Positions 10,837 through 20,841 are shown, counted from the first letter of the stretch. The stretch is DNA of 64,000 nucleotides from Euryarchaeota archaeon UBA86 (GCA_002503055.1 DAQX01000029.1:2674-66673); one strand, 5' to 3'. Notes: generated from the sequence alone by a model not told the origin. Program-made: numbers and translations.

Positions 10837-12255
10837 ATGCACACACGCGAGCACCTGTACATAGATGGCAGTTGGGTTGAACCTACAGGCGAGGGGTCAA
10901 TCGAAGTCATCAATCCTGCTAATGAGGAAATCATCGGCTCAGTCCCGGTAGGTTCGGCCGCAGATGTCGAGGTGGCTGTTGCAGCGGCCAAAGCGGCCTT
11001 CTCCGAGTGGTCTAATACCTCGGTGGAAGACAGAGTTGTCTTCCTTAACTTGCTCTCACAGGCCATCAAGGAACATACCGAAGAGCTCACAGAACTGATT
11101 ACTTCAGAGGTTGGAACTCCAATCAATTACTGCCGAGGCGCAATGGTTGGCACTCCCAGAGTGGTTACTCGTTCGTACGCTAAGATTCTAGAGAACTACG
11201 AATGGGAAGAAGAGGTGAGAAACTCACTAATTGTCAAGGAGCCCATTGGCGTAGTTGCTATGATTACTCCTTGGAACTATCCTCTACACCAGATCATTGG
11301 CAAGGTCGCTCCGGCTATTGCGGCTGGCTGTACTATGGTCGTCAAGCCATCCAAGGAAGCGCCCCTGAACTCATTCGTACTCGCAGATATCATTCACGAG
11401 ATTGGTCTGCCTGCAGGCGTATTCAATCTAGTTTCAGGACACGGCAGAGAAATTGGTGAGGTATTGAGTAATCATCCCGATGTGGATATGGTAAGTTTCA
11501 CCGGCTCCACAGGAGCTGGAGTCAGAGTCAGCGAGTTGGCTGCTCCAAGTGTAAAGAGAGTAACATTGGAGCTCGGCGGCAAGAGTGCCAACATTATTCT
11601 CGATGATGCAGACATTGCAAAGGCAGCATCAGCATCGATTCACGCATGTTTTGGAAACTCCGGTCAGGAATGCTCTGCACTGACTAGATTATTAGTTCCC
11701 GAGTCGAAAAAGCAAGAAATAGTGGAAGTGATAACTGCGAAGATGGAGAAGTATTCTGTTGGTAATCCTATGGACGAATCAAAGCGCTGCGGACCGATGG
11801 TGTCCGGCAGACAGCAGGAGAGCGTTTCCTCATTCATTGCTGCTGGAATCGAAGAGGGAGCCACTTTGCTGGTTGGAGGATTGGGGATGCCTGATGGACT
11901 GGACAAGGGATATTTCGTTCGACCAACTGTGTTCTCAGATGTAACTCCGGAGATGACCATTTTCCGTGAGGAAATTTTCGGACCAGTACTCTCGATTACT
12001 ACATACTCTACAGAGGAGGAAGCCGTCGAGTTAGCCAATGATTCAGAGTATGGATTGTCTGGCGGAATTTGGTCAGGTGATGAAGAAAGAGCCCTGCGCG
12101 TGGCCAGACAAATGCGTACCGGACAAGTCAGTATCAACGGCGGACCATTCAACATCTCCGCTCCTTTTGGAGGCTACAAACTCTCAGGAAATGGTAGAGA
12201 GTTAGGAGTTCACGGCCTCGAAGAGTTCCTTGAAGTCAAGGCTATTCAGCGCTGA
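10837..12255 (+). CDS. NAD-dependent aldehyde dehydrogenase
   Basis: ITPWNYP, FTGST, LELGGKSA, catalytic Cys in GQECSA, EEIFGPV. Confidence 0.95.
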   Translation: MHTREHLYIDGSWVEPTGEGSIEVINPANEEIIGSVPVGSAADVEVAVAAAKAAFSEWSNTSVEDRVVFLNLLSQAIKEHTEELTELITSEVGTPINYCRGAMVGTPRVVTRSYAKILENYEWEEEVRNSLIVKEPIGVVAMITPWNYPLHQIIGKVAPAIAAGCTMVVKPSKEAPLNSFVLADIIHEIGLPAGVFNLVSGHGREIGEVLSNHPDVDMVSFTGSTGAGVRVSELAAPSVKRVTLELGGKSANIILDDADIAKAASASIHACFGNSGQECSALTRLLVPESKKQEIVEVITAKMEKYSVGNPMDESKRCGPMVSGRQQESVSSFIAAGIEEGATLLVGGLGMPDGLDKGYFVRPTVFSDVTPEMTIFREEIFGPVLSITTYSTEEEAVELANDSEYGLSGGIWSGDEERALRVARQMRTGQVSINGGPFNISAPFGGYKLSGNGRELGVHGLEEFLEVKAIQR

Positions 12256-12261
12256 GGTAAC

Positions 12262-12846
12262 ATGAGCCCCCATCGCCTGCTGATTATCACAGGTACCAGC
12301 GGGGTTGGCAAGTCAACTCTTTCAACTAGAGTTGCATCAAATCTTGATTTCTCTAAAATCGTCTCCACTGATACGATAAGAGAAACCCTGAGAACCAAAT
12401 TCGATCGAGATGAAATTCCAGCCCTGCATAGGTCCTCATTTGAGCCGGCCGGTTCGGGAGCCATAGAAGACTGGCATCAGACCGTAGCAGTACTATCGGA
12501 AGCTATCGGAGCAGTTGTAAAGCGAGCCGCCACTAAATCATCTGACCTTTTGCTTGAGGGAGTACACATTATTCCCAGCGAAGAAATAATTTCTGAATGG
12601 AGAAGTTCCGGCGGAGTATCCTGTGGCGTAGTTCTTCGGGTTGATGACGAGGAGACACATCAAAAATTCATCAGATTCAGAGAGAAGCACAATAGTAGAG
12701 GAGTGGCACACTATCTCGGCAATTTCGATCGAATACGAGAGATTCAGAATCGAATGATTATTGATGCAGAGAACTCCGACTGGTTAAGCATCGATACTAG
12801 TATCGAAGAGAACCCAATTAGTTTGATTGAAAACTCGTTCGACTAA
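12262..12846 (+). CDS. 2-phosphoglycerate-kinase-like P-loop kinase (possible mevalonate-3-phosphate 5-kinase)
   Basis: GTSGVGKS, STDTIRE, LH.SSF, EGVH, Y..NF..IR.IQ; short form with no ATP-cone. Confidence 0.7.
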   Translation: MSPHRLLIITGTSGVGKSTLSTRVASNLDFSKIVSTDTIRETLRTKFDRDEIPALHRSSFEPAGSGAIEDWHQTVAVLSEAIGAVVKRAATKSSDLLLEGVHIIPSEEIISEWRSSGGVSCGVVLRVDDEETHQKFIRFREKHNSRGVAHYLGNFDRIREIQNRMIIDAENSDWLSIDTSIEENPISLIENSFD

Positions 12847-12877
12847 TGGGAAAAAAAAATCTCACAAATTATAGGGA

Positions 12878-13714
12878 CTAACGCCCGACCCATTCTGCCT
12901 CACTGCGTTCAAGGAATGCCTGGACACCAATCTCCTTGTCTTCGGTATCGAAAAGAGCAACGAATTCCGAACGCTCTGCTAGTACGCCCTCCGTGAATGG
13001 TAGATCTAGAGATGCTCGGACTGCTCTCTTGGCAACCTTGACAGTATAGGGTGACTTTCTCGCGATAACTTCAGCCATCTGCATGGCCTCTGATTCCAAG
13101 TCCTCTGGTTCGACGACTTTGTTCACCAAGCCAAGACGCAGGGCATCTTCGGCTCCTACCATCTCCCCTGTTAGGGTCATCTCCATCGCCTTGCCGTAAC
13201 CTAACAATCTACACAGCCTTTGAGTTCCTCCACCGCCCGGAATTAGTCCGAGATTAATTTCGGGCTGACCAAATTTGGCACGACTTGATGCCACTCTGAT
13301 ATCACACGCAAGTGCTAACTCAGTACCTCCGCCTAAAGCAAAACCGTCAACCATTGCTATGGTTGGTTTTGATAGATTCCAGACTGCTTCCCAAGCATTG
13401 TTCGCAAAGAAATCACGAACATCGTCAGATGACTTACCAGCGAATTCAGAGATGTCTGCTCCGGCGGCAAAGGCCGCGGGCTTTGCTCTACCCCCATCTT
13501 CTACCGGATGCGGCGCAGCCCCTCTTATCATAACGGCTCTAATCGAGTCTTCCGCCTCCACTCTCGCACATTGCTCTTTGATAGACGCGTGCGATTCTTG
13601 ATTCAGCGCGTTGAGCTTATCAGGGCGATTCAATGTCCAGATACTAATCACACCGCCCGATGGACTACTACCTTCGACCGGGATATCTTCTACCAGCAGA
13701 ACTCTCTCTGTCAT
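12878..13714 (-). CDS. Enoyl-CoA hydratase (crotonase family)
   Basis: LNRPDKLNAL, FAAGADI, GFALGGGTE, GQPEINLG. Confidence 0.92.
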   Translation of the reverse strand: MTERVLLVEDIPVEGSSPSGGVISIWTLNRPDKLNALNQESHASIKEQCARVEAEDSIRAVMIRGAAPHPVEDGGRAKPAAFAAGADISEFAGKSSDDVRDFFANNAWEAVWNLSKPTIAMVDGFALGGGTELALACDIRVASSRAKFGQPEINLGLIPGGGGTQRLCRLLGYGKAMEMTLTGEMVGAEDALRLGLVNKVVEPEDLESEAMQMAEVIARKSPYTVKVAKRAVRASLDLPFTEGVLAERSEFVALFDTEDKEIGVQAFLERSEAEWVGR

Positions 13715-13755
13715 GTTGCCTCCACAGAGCCTATTGGCTTGAACATTCAGGCTAC

Positions 13756-14661
13756 TCAACCTTCGTCAGGTTTCACTGGAGGGGGCATAGGGGGCATTCC
13801 CGGAGGGAGGGGCATAGGGGGCATTCCCGGAGGAGGGGGCATAGGAGAAATCTCGTCTACCATCTCTTCCTGATCCTTCTTGCGAATGTCTTCTCTGGGT
13901 TTTACTTCAAGAGGGATTCTGATTCGAAGAATCCTCTCCTCGTCTATTCTAACATACGACACTCCCTGTGGCTTGGTTGAGTCAGGAGATTCCGGTTCGT
14001 CGAGAACGGTCATTCCATGGTCGGGCTGCTTGAGTAACTCTGCCAGATCTTCTCCATCCTCAACTGCAGACCATATTCTAGCCTTAGCAGCCCTTCTCTC
14101 AGCCATCTGCATCCTGCGCTTTCTTTCGATACGTGATCTAATCTCGGCCCTCTTGGCCCTTCTTTGACCTACAAACTCCTCAACCTCGGCTTCAAAATCT
14201 CCTTGAGGATTAGATTCGGCCACATATCGAGCTGCTAGATTGTTATCATCATCAATAATGACAGGCATTGGTGCAGGCGGCGGTAAATCGCCTTCGGCTG
14301 CTACAGGAGTGGGCATGGGCATGGGTGGCAGAGTAGGTAGAGGCATCTCTGGCTGTGGAGACTTACCTCTGCTTCGCTTGATTTTCTCTTCCTTGCGCTG
14401 GCTGGCGGTTTCAACTTCAAGTACAGGCTCTGGTAGATCGATTTCTACCTTCGGCTCTTTCTTCACTTCAGGCTCTATGACTATCTTTGGAGGTTGAGGA
14501 ACAGGAGAGCGCCCTGAGAACATCAGAAGAGAAACCAATGCTAGAAGGACAATTCCTCCTGCAATTTGAGTTAACGGACTCATATCGCCCGACAATATGA
14601 GGAACAACAGACTCCCGAGAATAACCGCTATCCAAAGAATCAACCGAGTGAGCGATACCAT
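13756..14661 (-). CDS. Membrane protein (2 N-terminal TM) with proline-rich tracts and a charged coiled coil
   Basis: Hydrophobic N-terminus; P/M-rich repeats; E/R-rich helix. Confidence 0.7.
   Translation of the reverse strand: MVSLTRLILWIAVILGSLLFLILSGDMSPLTQIAGGIVLLALVSLLMFSGRSPVPQPPKIVIEPEVKKEPKVEIDLPEPVLEVETASQRKEEKIKRSRGKSPQPEMPLPTLPPMPMPTPVAAEGDLPPPAPMPVIIDDDNNLAARYVAESNPQGDFEAEVEEFVGQRRAKRAEIRSRIERKRRMQMAERRAAKARIWSAVEDGEDLAELLKQPDHGMTVLDEPESPDSTKPQGVSYVRIDEERILRIRIPLEVKPREDIRKKDQEEMVDEISPMPPPPGMPPMPLPPGMPPMPPPVKPDEG
13778..13846. repeat. Coding tandem repeat (~27-30 nt unit, GGCATAGGGGGCATTCCCGGAGG) encoding PPGMPPMP
   Basis: Two full copies and one partial copy visible. Confidence 0.8.
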
Positions 14662-14692
14662 GTTCCCGACCCGTACGAAGAGCCTTCTGCCT

Positions 14693-15286
14693 TCACCTTG
14701 ACGGGGACCTGAGAAGCTCTGCTAGACTATTCATTGCCTTTGCTCGGTGTGTGATTCCGGAGTATTTACCCTCTTCCCATTCTCCGAAGGTGCGCCCATC
14801 TCCCTCATTTGGGATGAATATTGGATCGTATCCAAATCCACCACTTCCTCTAATGGAATCAGCAATTTTTCCTCTGCAAACTCCCTCTGCGCTCCAAGTT
14901 GAAACACCGTCAGAGACCTTAGCTACTGCTCTGAACTCTGCCCCTCTAGGCATGCCCTCTCTGAGCATGGATAGTATGCCTTCGAGGCCAATTTGCCTCT
15001 CTACTTCTGCCGACTTGGCCCCTGGCCACTCATCAAAGGCATCGAGGAAGACACCCGAATCCTCCACCATTACAGCAACTCCCTCAATTCCTTCTTGTTC
15101 CAACAGGATTAGTGCTTGAACCATCTTTGAATTCGCTACAGCCTCAATCCCCAATTCTTTGGGCTCATCAAACTCAGGTGCGACTCCTCTAACTAACAAC
15201 TGCTCAACAGTGTGTCCCGAGTCGGCTAGTAATTTTCTGGTCTCGGAGACTTTGCCCTGATTGCTTGTAACGAACAGTATCCTCAT
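14693..15286 (-). CDS. rdgB: Non-canonical purine NTP pyrophosphatase (Ham1/RdgB)
   Basis: TSNQGK, EDSG, GFGYDPIF, THR.KA motifs. Confidence 0.9.
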   Translation of the reverse strand: MRILFVTSNQGKVSETRKLLADSGHTVEQLLVRGVAPEFDEPKELGIEAVANSKMVQALILLEQEGIEGVAVMVEDSGVFLDAFDEWPGAKSAEVERQIGLEGILSMLREGMPRGAEFRAVAKVSDGVSTWSAEGVCRGKIADSIRGSGGFGYDPIFIPNEGDGRTFGEWEEGKYSGITHRAKAMNSLAELLRSPSR

Positions 15287-15293
15287 GCTGACC

Positions 15294-15944
15294 CTATCCG
15301 TGATATCTCACTCTTCCCCTTATCGTCTCAAATCTTGATACAACATTTGCAGCTTCGTCATTACCCGCATCCATGTATCCTCTCAACATCGCATCGACTG
15401 CTCCCCCTAGTTCGGAATGGCTAGCCGTCAAACACTCGTTGAGCACCTGTAGATCTAGTCCCATGTGCTCTAACTCAGGAGAGACCCTCGCCAAACCAAA
15501 ATCGATTAGCGAAAGGTTACCCATTTCGTCGATTAGGATATTATGGGTAGTCAAATCTCCATGAGAAATATCTTCCTCGTGCAATCTGCGAATTAATGCT
15601 CCAATATTCTCCATCACATCAATGCCGGCAGAACCGTCTGAGATCGCCTCATACAAAGGCCTCCCATCGATTCTTGAGATTAGAATCCAAGACTCCTCAA
15701 TATCGCAGTCGTATAATGATGGAGAGGAGAATCCAGACTGCTGCAATCTACCCAAGACTCTGACTTCTACTGATAGCCGACTGCGCGTCAATCTACGATC
15801 CAAGTCTGGATGCCTGTAACTCCTCGGCCTCCTCATCTTGAGGACCGCTGGCTTCCCCATCCATTTTCCCGCTGTGACAGTCGCTTCCGCACCCTCATGC
15901 AGAAGTTCGAGAGGCTCCCACATGCGTATCGCGGCTCCCGCCAT
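15294..15944 (-). CDS. bud32: KEOPS complex kinase Bud32
   Basis: GAEA, K.R.PRSYRHP.LD, HGDLTT.N, IDFGL. Confidence 0.92.
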   Translation of the reverse strand: MAGAAIRMWEPLELLHEGAEATVTAGKWMGKPAVLKMRRPRSYRHPDLDRRLTRSRLSVEVRVLGRLQQSGFSSPSLYDCDIEESWILISRIDGRPLYEAISDGSAGIDVMENIGALIRRLHEEDISHGDLTTHNILIDEMGNLSLIDFGLARVSPELEHMGLDLQVLNECLTASHSELGGAVDAMLRGYMDAGNDEAANVVSRFETIRGRVRYHG

Positions 15945-15997
15945 GCAGTTGCGACATTAGATGACTTCAAAGCGGTTGCACATGACGAAGTAACTGT

Positions 15998-17083
15998 ATG
16001 GCAATAGAATTGCCTCCACCACCTCTCCAGCGAGGTATCGTGAATCATTCATCATATTCCAAATTAGAAATAGAAAAGGAGGCAGAGAGACTTAGCACCA
16101 CCATCAAACAACCATTCAGGTGGAGTTTAGAGACCTGCAGATTAATAGCACCACTAACGCTTGAAATCAACCAACTAAAAAAGGAGAAAGATGTCATCCT
16201 AATTGCACACTCATATCAAACTCCAGACATCACTTATGGAGTGGCCGACGCTGTTTCTGACAGCTATGCCCTCTCTAAAGAGGCTAGAGATGCCTCTCAG
16301 AATACAATCCTTTTCTCCAGTGTAAGATTCATGGCCGAGACGGCCAAAATAGTCAGCCCTCACAAGACCGTACTACACCCTTCGCCGGAAGCAGGATGCT
16401 CACTAAGTGACTCAATTACTGCTCAAGATGTCAGAGACATTAGAGCAAAGTATCCAGGATTACCAGTGGTTTGCTACATCAATACCAGTGCGGAAGTTAA
16501 GGCCGAGTGCGACGCCTGCGTTACCAGCAGCAACTATCTGAGAATTTGTGAGAGGTTACCTGGAGATGGCCTAATTTTCGTACCTGATAGATTCATGGGC
16601 AAGCATCTGCAGAACCATCTAGCTGGCAAGAAGGAAGTAATCATCTTCGACGGAGAGTGCGAGGTTCATGCTGCATTTACTGGAGAAAAGATACGAAATT
16701 GGAGAAAGCGAGCGAGCGATGCAGGCATGGAACTACAGGTCCTCAGTCACCCGGAATGCGATACAGATGTATTGGATGAAAGTGACTTTGTAGGCAGCAG
16801 TGAGGTTCTGATGGAAGAAGCTCTAAGACTCGCTTCAGTCGGGAAGAAGGATATGATGCTAATTACCGAATGCGGCACTACTGATAGAATTCTTGCCGAG
16901 TCAAATGAGGATCTTAATTTGGTCGGGGCCTGTGTGATGTGCCGGCATATGAAGACGACACAACTCGAGGATATTCTACAGGCACTTCGTAATCCTAGAC
17001 CCAACCAAATCATCGAATTGGAAACATCAGTCATTGAGAAAGCCAGCAAATGTCTGGACGAGATGTTCCGACTCGCAGAATAA
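15998..17083 (+). CDS. nadA: Quinolinate synthase
   Basis: AHSYQ, FMAETAK, AGCSL, YINTSA, CEVH, HPEC, C.HMK. Confidence 0.93.
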   Translation: MAIELPPPPLQRGIVNHSSYSKLEIEKEAERLSTTIKQPFRWSLETCRLIAPLTLEINQLKKEKDVILIAHSYQTPDITYGVADAVSDSYALSKEARDASQNTILFSSVRFMAETAKIVSPHKTVLHPSPEAGCSLSDSITAQDVRDIRAKYPGLPVVCYINTSAEVKAECDACVTSSNYLRICERLPGDGLIFVPDRFMGKHLQNHLAGKKEVIIFDGECEVHAAFTGEKIRNWRKRASDAGMELQVLSHPECDTDVLDESDFVGSSEVLMEEALRLASVGKKDMMLITECGTTDRILAESNEDLNLVGACVMCRHMKTTQLEDILQALRNPRPNQIIELETSVIEKASKCLDEMFRLAE

Positions 17084-19156
17084 TTATCTTTCCGATGCGG
17101 CCTGATAAGCCCACAGAAATAGCAATGGAATCAACATTACAATAGCTGACTGTAGTATGACAGAGGAATATGGCTCGAAAGTCTCGCCCGAGTATACTTT
17201 CAGGACAGCCCCACCATCACTTTCGACCTCAATCCAAGCCACTTCTTCAAGTAGAACTTGAGGCTCCATCTGGTTGACATCATCATCACGAGTAATCGCT
17301 ATTGTCGAATTACTTTCTATCTCATGCAGGTATACATCATTTGTGCCGACAATATTGTCTGTTGGGTCCCAGAATGCTATTTGCAGGAAAGCAACCCTAT
17401 TGTCACCAATACTTGGGGAAGATGATTGCCATAGGGGATCAGACAACATCCTCTGTTCCCCTGTAAGAACATTGACCAGAACAGTTCGATTTACGGGACC
17501 AACATCGACTACCGCAACAAGCCATGATGATGACATATCGATGTCAATCACAGTAGCATTGGAGTAATTCACAGGGATTCCTGATATCTGCTCTAGATAC
17601 TCATCCTCGGCCACAGTAGCAGTAGCATTCAACTCAATTCCAATCTCAATTCCTCCAGAAATGGATGTGAGATTAACTGCGGGTGCAGTTTGTGATGCAC
17701 TTACCCAAGCCACTAGTGAACCAGATGCCTCTACTATGGAATAGGTACCATTTTGTTGCCCCAGTAGAGTGTTGTTATTTCCAACATCCACGAACTGTAT
17801 AGAAGACTCGTTCATAACGGCCAATACAACCATTCCAGCATCCTCTATGATTGCAACATCTGAGATTATACCAGTATTTTCCAGATTTAGAAGGGCTGAC
17901 GATTCAATTCGATTGTCCAAGTCGTAGAACTCTAGATTCTGCGAATCATACAACACCATGTATTGGCCCGAGACGATTACCGATGGAGAAGATGCCCACT
18001 CGCTGCTGACAATCTCTATTTCTTCCTGAGAAGTCACATTCCATTGAGTGATTTTGATTTCCGAAGTTATCGGATCTTCCTCGACAGATACTAACCATCC
18101 TTCCGAGCCGGCAGCAGCGGTTGGCCACTCGACTCCTTCCAGAGGAAAGTCCTGATGAGTAGCATCCCACAACAGTACTCCTCCTGTTGACATCACAACT
18201 GCTGCAATCATGATACTGGTTTGCTTTCTACTGGGCTCCCTTAGTGGCCTGAGATATTCTCTTGCACTAGCGGAGACTTGCTTAATCCATTTTTGAGGAT
18301 CGGAAATAGCCCTAGCTAGCCTACGGCCAAAGAGCCGTTCATCAGCAACCCTCCAAATCGAGTCACTTGTTCTTGAAGTGATTTCTACGGCGATAATAGC
18401 GACTACCATTCCTCCGATTATGTCCACTACCCAATGTATTCCTAGATACACTATACTGAGCGCAGTCAAGAGGATGAATCCCATCAGAAAGTTACGATAC
18501 CTATGCCATCGTCCGTCTCCATCCCAGCGTTGCATAGTCAGCCAGATTGCAAATGGCAAACCGATGTGTAGACTAGGCATCCCATTGGTGAATGGATCAA
18601 TTCTTGTGAACCAGTTGTTGATTTCAGGAGTCAGATCGTAGGCAATCGTCTGCATCTGTGGGATATGATTCCCAGTTACGCCGACATTAAAGAATAGATA
18701 GAATGGAATCGCTAGCACATATACCCAGAACATCGACAGAGAGATTCTGTCTGCCATATGCCTGTCATCGAAGTAAATCGGATACAGGAACGATGCGAAA
18801 GTAGCAGTCATGAATCCCATTACATAGAAGTGAGTCAGAACTTCATCCAGTAGAGGGCTTCTCAATGCTTCTTGTACCCAAAGTACGATATCACCCTCGA
18901 TTGCGTATACATAGGGAGTCATGTCCAGTTGAGTATTTGCCATCAGAGCACGATCCATCCCGTCTAGAATGTCCTTCCAAAGATAGACAGAGAAAACCAC
19001 AATCATATGCGCCCAGTAACGCCTGAACATATCGATGAAACCGTCAGCACTTAGCCTAGCATAGCTAGGTTTGAACAACGGCATCATGGCTATGCTGAGT
19101 ACAATCGCACCTGTTATCCAAGTGATGTAGATACCAGTTCCCGCAGCCATTCTCAA
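17084..19156 (-). CDS. PAP2/AUR1-like membrane phosphoesterase fused to an extracellular beta-propeller-like domain
   Basis: MPSLH and YLGIHWVVDIIGG motifs in a multi-TM N-terminal half; beta-rich C-terminal half ending in a TM helix. Confidence 0.8.
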   Translation of the reverse strand: MRMAAGTGIYITWITGAIVLSIAMMPLFKPSYARLSADGFIDMFRRYWAHMIVVFSVYLWKDILDGMDRALMANTQLDMTPYVYAIEGDIVLWVQEALRSPLLDEVLTHFYVMGFMTATFASFLYPIYFDDRHMADRISLSMFWVYVLAIPFYLFFNVGVTGNHIPQMQTIAYDLTPEINNWFTRIDPFTNGMPSLHIGLPFAIWLTMQRWDGDGRWHRYRNFLMGFILLTALSIVYLGIHWVVDIIGGMVVAIIAVEITSRTSDSIWRVADERLFGRRLARAISDPQKWIKQVSASAREYLRPLREPSRKQTSIMIAAVVMSTGGVLLWDATHQDFPLEGVEWPTAAAGSEGWLVSVEEDPITSEIKITQWNVTSQEEIEIVSSEWASSPSVIVSGQYMVLYDSQNLEFYDLDNRIESSALLNLENTGIISDVAIIEDAGMVVLAVMNESSIQFVDVGNNNTLLGQQNGTYSIVEASGSLVAWVSASQTAPAVNLTSISGGIEIGIELNATATVAEDEYLEQISGIPVNYSNATVIDIDMSSSWLVAVVDVGPVNRTVLVNVLTGEQRMLSDPLWQSSSPSIGDNRVAFLQIAFWDPTDNIVGTNDVYLHEIESNSTIAITRDDDVNQMEPQVLLEEVAWIEVESDGGAVLKVYSGETFEPYSSVILQSAIVMLIPLLFLWAYQAASER

Positions 19157-19211
19157 TACCTCTCGAGCGGCAAATGCGCCATCAATTCGACCCTTCTATG
19201 GAGGTTGAGAG

Positions 19212-20225
19212 TCAAGTAATCCTCACAGATGAACCGGAACCCTCTCCTAGAGTTTCCAAAACATTCTCTACTATTCCATCGAAGGCCAATGCCGTATCTC
19301 CTTCAGGTTCAGCTACGATTCTGTGTACTCCATCATCACCGCCTCGCACGATCCCCGGGTCGAATGGAAGTGAGCCGAGGAATGGCACCCCTAGATCCTC
19401 CGCAGCATGGGCACCTCCTCCAGACTTGAATACATCTAGAGTCATCGACCAAGTACCATCGTCATCGGTACTAGCAGAGATTGGAACACCCCCGGGTCCT
19501 ATCACTGTGACCTCGTCCCCCGGGCTTGCTGTACCTCTTATTTTGTATCCACTCATGTTTTCAACTACTCCTAGAACAGGCACAGATAGAGTCTTGGCAA
19601 AACTGATTGATTTGCGACTATCTAGCAGAGCGACCTCTTGAGGAGTGGTCACAATTACCACGCCATCTATTCCTGGAAGATTTTGACTGACAGTTAGAGG
19701 CTCATCGCTAGTTCCAGGGGGAAAGTCGATGATTAGAGCATCCAACTCACCCCATGCAACATCGCCGATAAACTGCTGAATTGCTCCGAGTTTTATTGGA
19801 CCGCGCCAGATGACCGGCTTGTCAGGGTCCTCAAGCAGGAAAGCCATCGAGATGACCTTGACTCCGTGTGGTCCGATTGCAGGGAAAATCTGTCCCTCCT
19901 CCACATTCAGGTCAGACTCCTCTATTCCAAGCATCTTAGGGATATTTGGTCCGGTGATGTCGATGTCCATCAGCCCAACACTCATCCCTTTCCGAGCGAG
20001 CGAGAGTGCAAGGCCTGTAGCCACCGTTGACTTACCGACTCCGCCCTTGCCAGATAGAACCATGATCTTGTGCTTGATATCTTCATCCATCTTGGTTATT
20101 CGCAGTTTTCTCTGCATCTGCTGATATGCCTGCTCCATCTGTGCACGCTGCTCGGGAGAAGCATTCGGATCGGCCGGCACATCCACTTGCTCACCGGAAT
20201 GGTGGCTAATAGGTGAATCCGCCAT
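19212..20225 (-). CDS. Mrp/NBP35 (ApbC) P-loop ATPase, atypical (no Cys)
   Basis: [35 protein letters not shown] motifs. Confidence 0.9.
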   Translation of the reverse strand: MADSPISHHSGEQVDVPADPNASPEQRAQMEQAYQQMQRKLRITKMDEDIKHKIMVLSGKGGVGKSTVATGLALSLARKGMSVGLMDIDITGPNIPKMLGIEESDLNVEEGQIFPAIGPHGVKVISMAFLLEDPDKPVIWRGPIKLGAIQQFIGDVAWGELDALIIDFPPGTSDEPLTVSQNLPGIDGVVIVTTPQEVALLDSRKSISFAKTLSVPVLGVVENMSGYKIRGTASPGDEVTVIGPGGVPISASTDDDGTWSMTLDVFKSGGGAHAAEDLGVPFLGSLPFDPGIVRGGDDGVHRIVAEPEGDTALAFDGIVENVLETLGEGSGSSVRIT

Positions 20226-20332
20226 GGCACTACGGCATGAGAGGGCTACTTCAATTCTGTTCAGCGAATCTTACTGAATATATGTTGAATATTGTGGATT
20301 GGTTCATTAGTCACCTAGCCTAGGCATTCTCG

Positions 20333-20692
20333 ATGCGGATACTATTCGTGTGTGTCGGGAATACTTGCCGCAGTCAGATGGCACAAGCTGCTGCCAGACA
20401 CATGGGGCACGAGGCAGAGTCTGCTGGAACTCATCCAGGTGGAGCTATTGCAGCTAATGCAATCAAGGTCACATCCGATTTGGGAATAGGAATGGAAGGC
20501 CAGTACCCAAAGTCTGTTGACGAAATAGAAACAACTGGGTATGACCGAATTATCAGCATGGGTTGTGGAGTAGAGTGCCCCGTGCTTCCTATTGATGAGG
20601 ATTGGGGGTTAGATGACCCGGTAGGCAGAGGGGAGGAAATCTACCGTTCGACTCTGAATGACATACTGAGCCGTATCGAAGCTCTTGCCTAG
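20333..20692 (+). CDS. arsC: Arsenate reductase / low-molecular-weight PTP family
   Basis: CVGNTCRSQMA, SAGT, MGCGVECP, W.LDDP. Confidence 0.8.
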   Translation: MRILFVCVGNTCRSQMAQAAARHMGHEAESAGTHPGGAIAANAIKVTSDLGIGMEGQYPKSVDEIETTGYDRIISMGCGVECPVLPIDEDWGLDDPVGRGEEIYRSTLNDILSRIEALA

Positions 20693-20736
20693 TGTACCGA
20701 CGCTTAGAAAAGCGATTCTTGTTTCCCCGATTTCAC

Positions 20737-20811
20737 ACGAGTGTAGTGTAGTGGTTATCACCGGGCGTTGCCAACGCCTGAACCCGGGTTCAAATCCCGG
20801 CACTCGTACCA
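20737..20811 (+). tRNA. tRNA-Gly(GCC), CCA encoded
   Basis: Acceptor ACGAGTG/CACTCGT, anticodon arm GGGCG-TTGCCAA-CGCCT, T arm CCGGG-TTCAAAT-CCCGG, discriminator A then CCA. Confidence 0.95.
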
Positions 20812-20841
20812 TGAATTGGCAGATGCGTATCTCTAAATGAT

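Noticed and set aside
12850..12859. A-tract between convergent genes
   Set aside because: Consistent with an ordinary archaeal oligo-U terminator on the minus strand; not unusual
13778..13846. Direct repeats as a possible CRISPR array
   Set aside because: Contiguous coding repeats with no unique spacers and no cas genes
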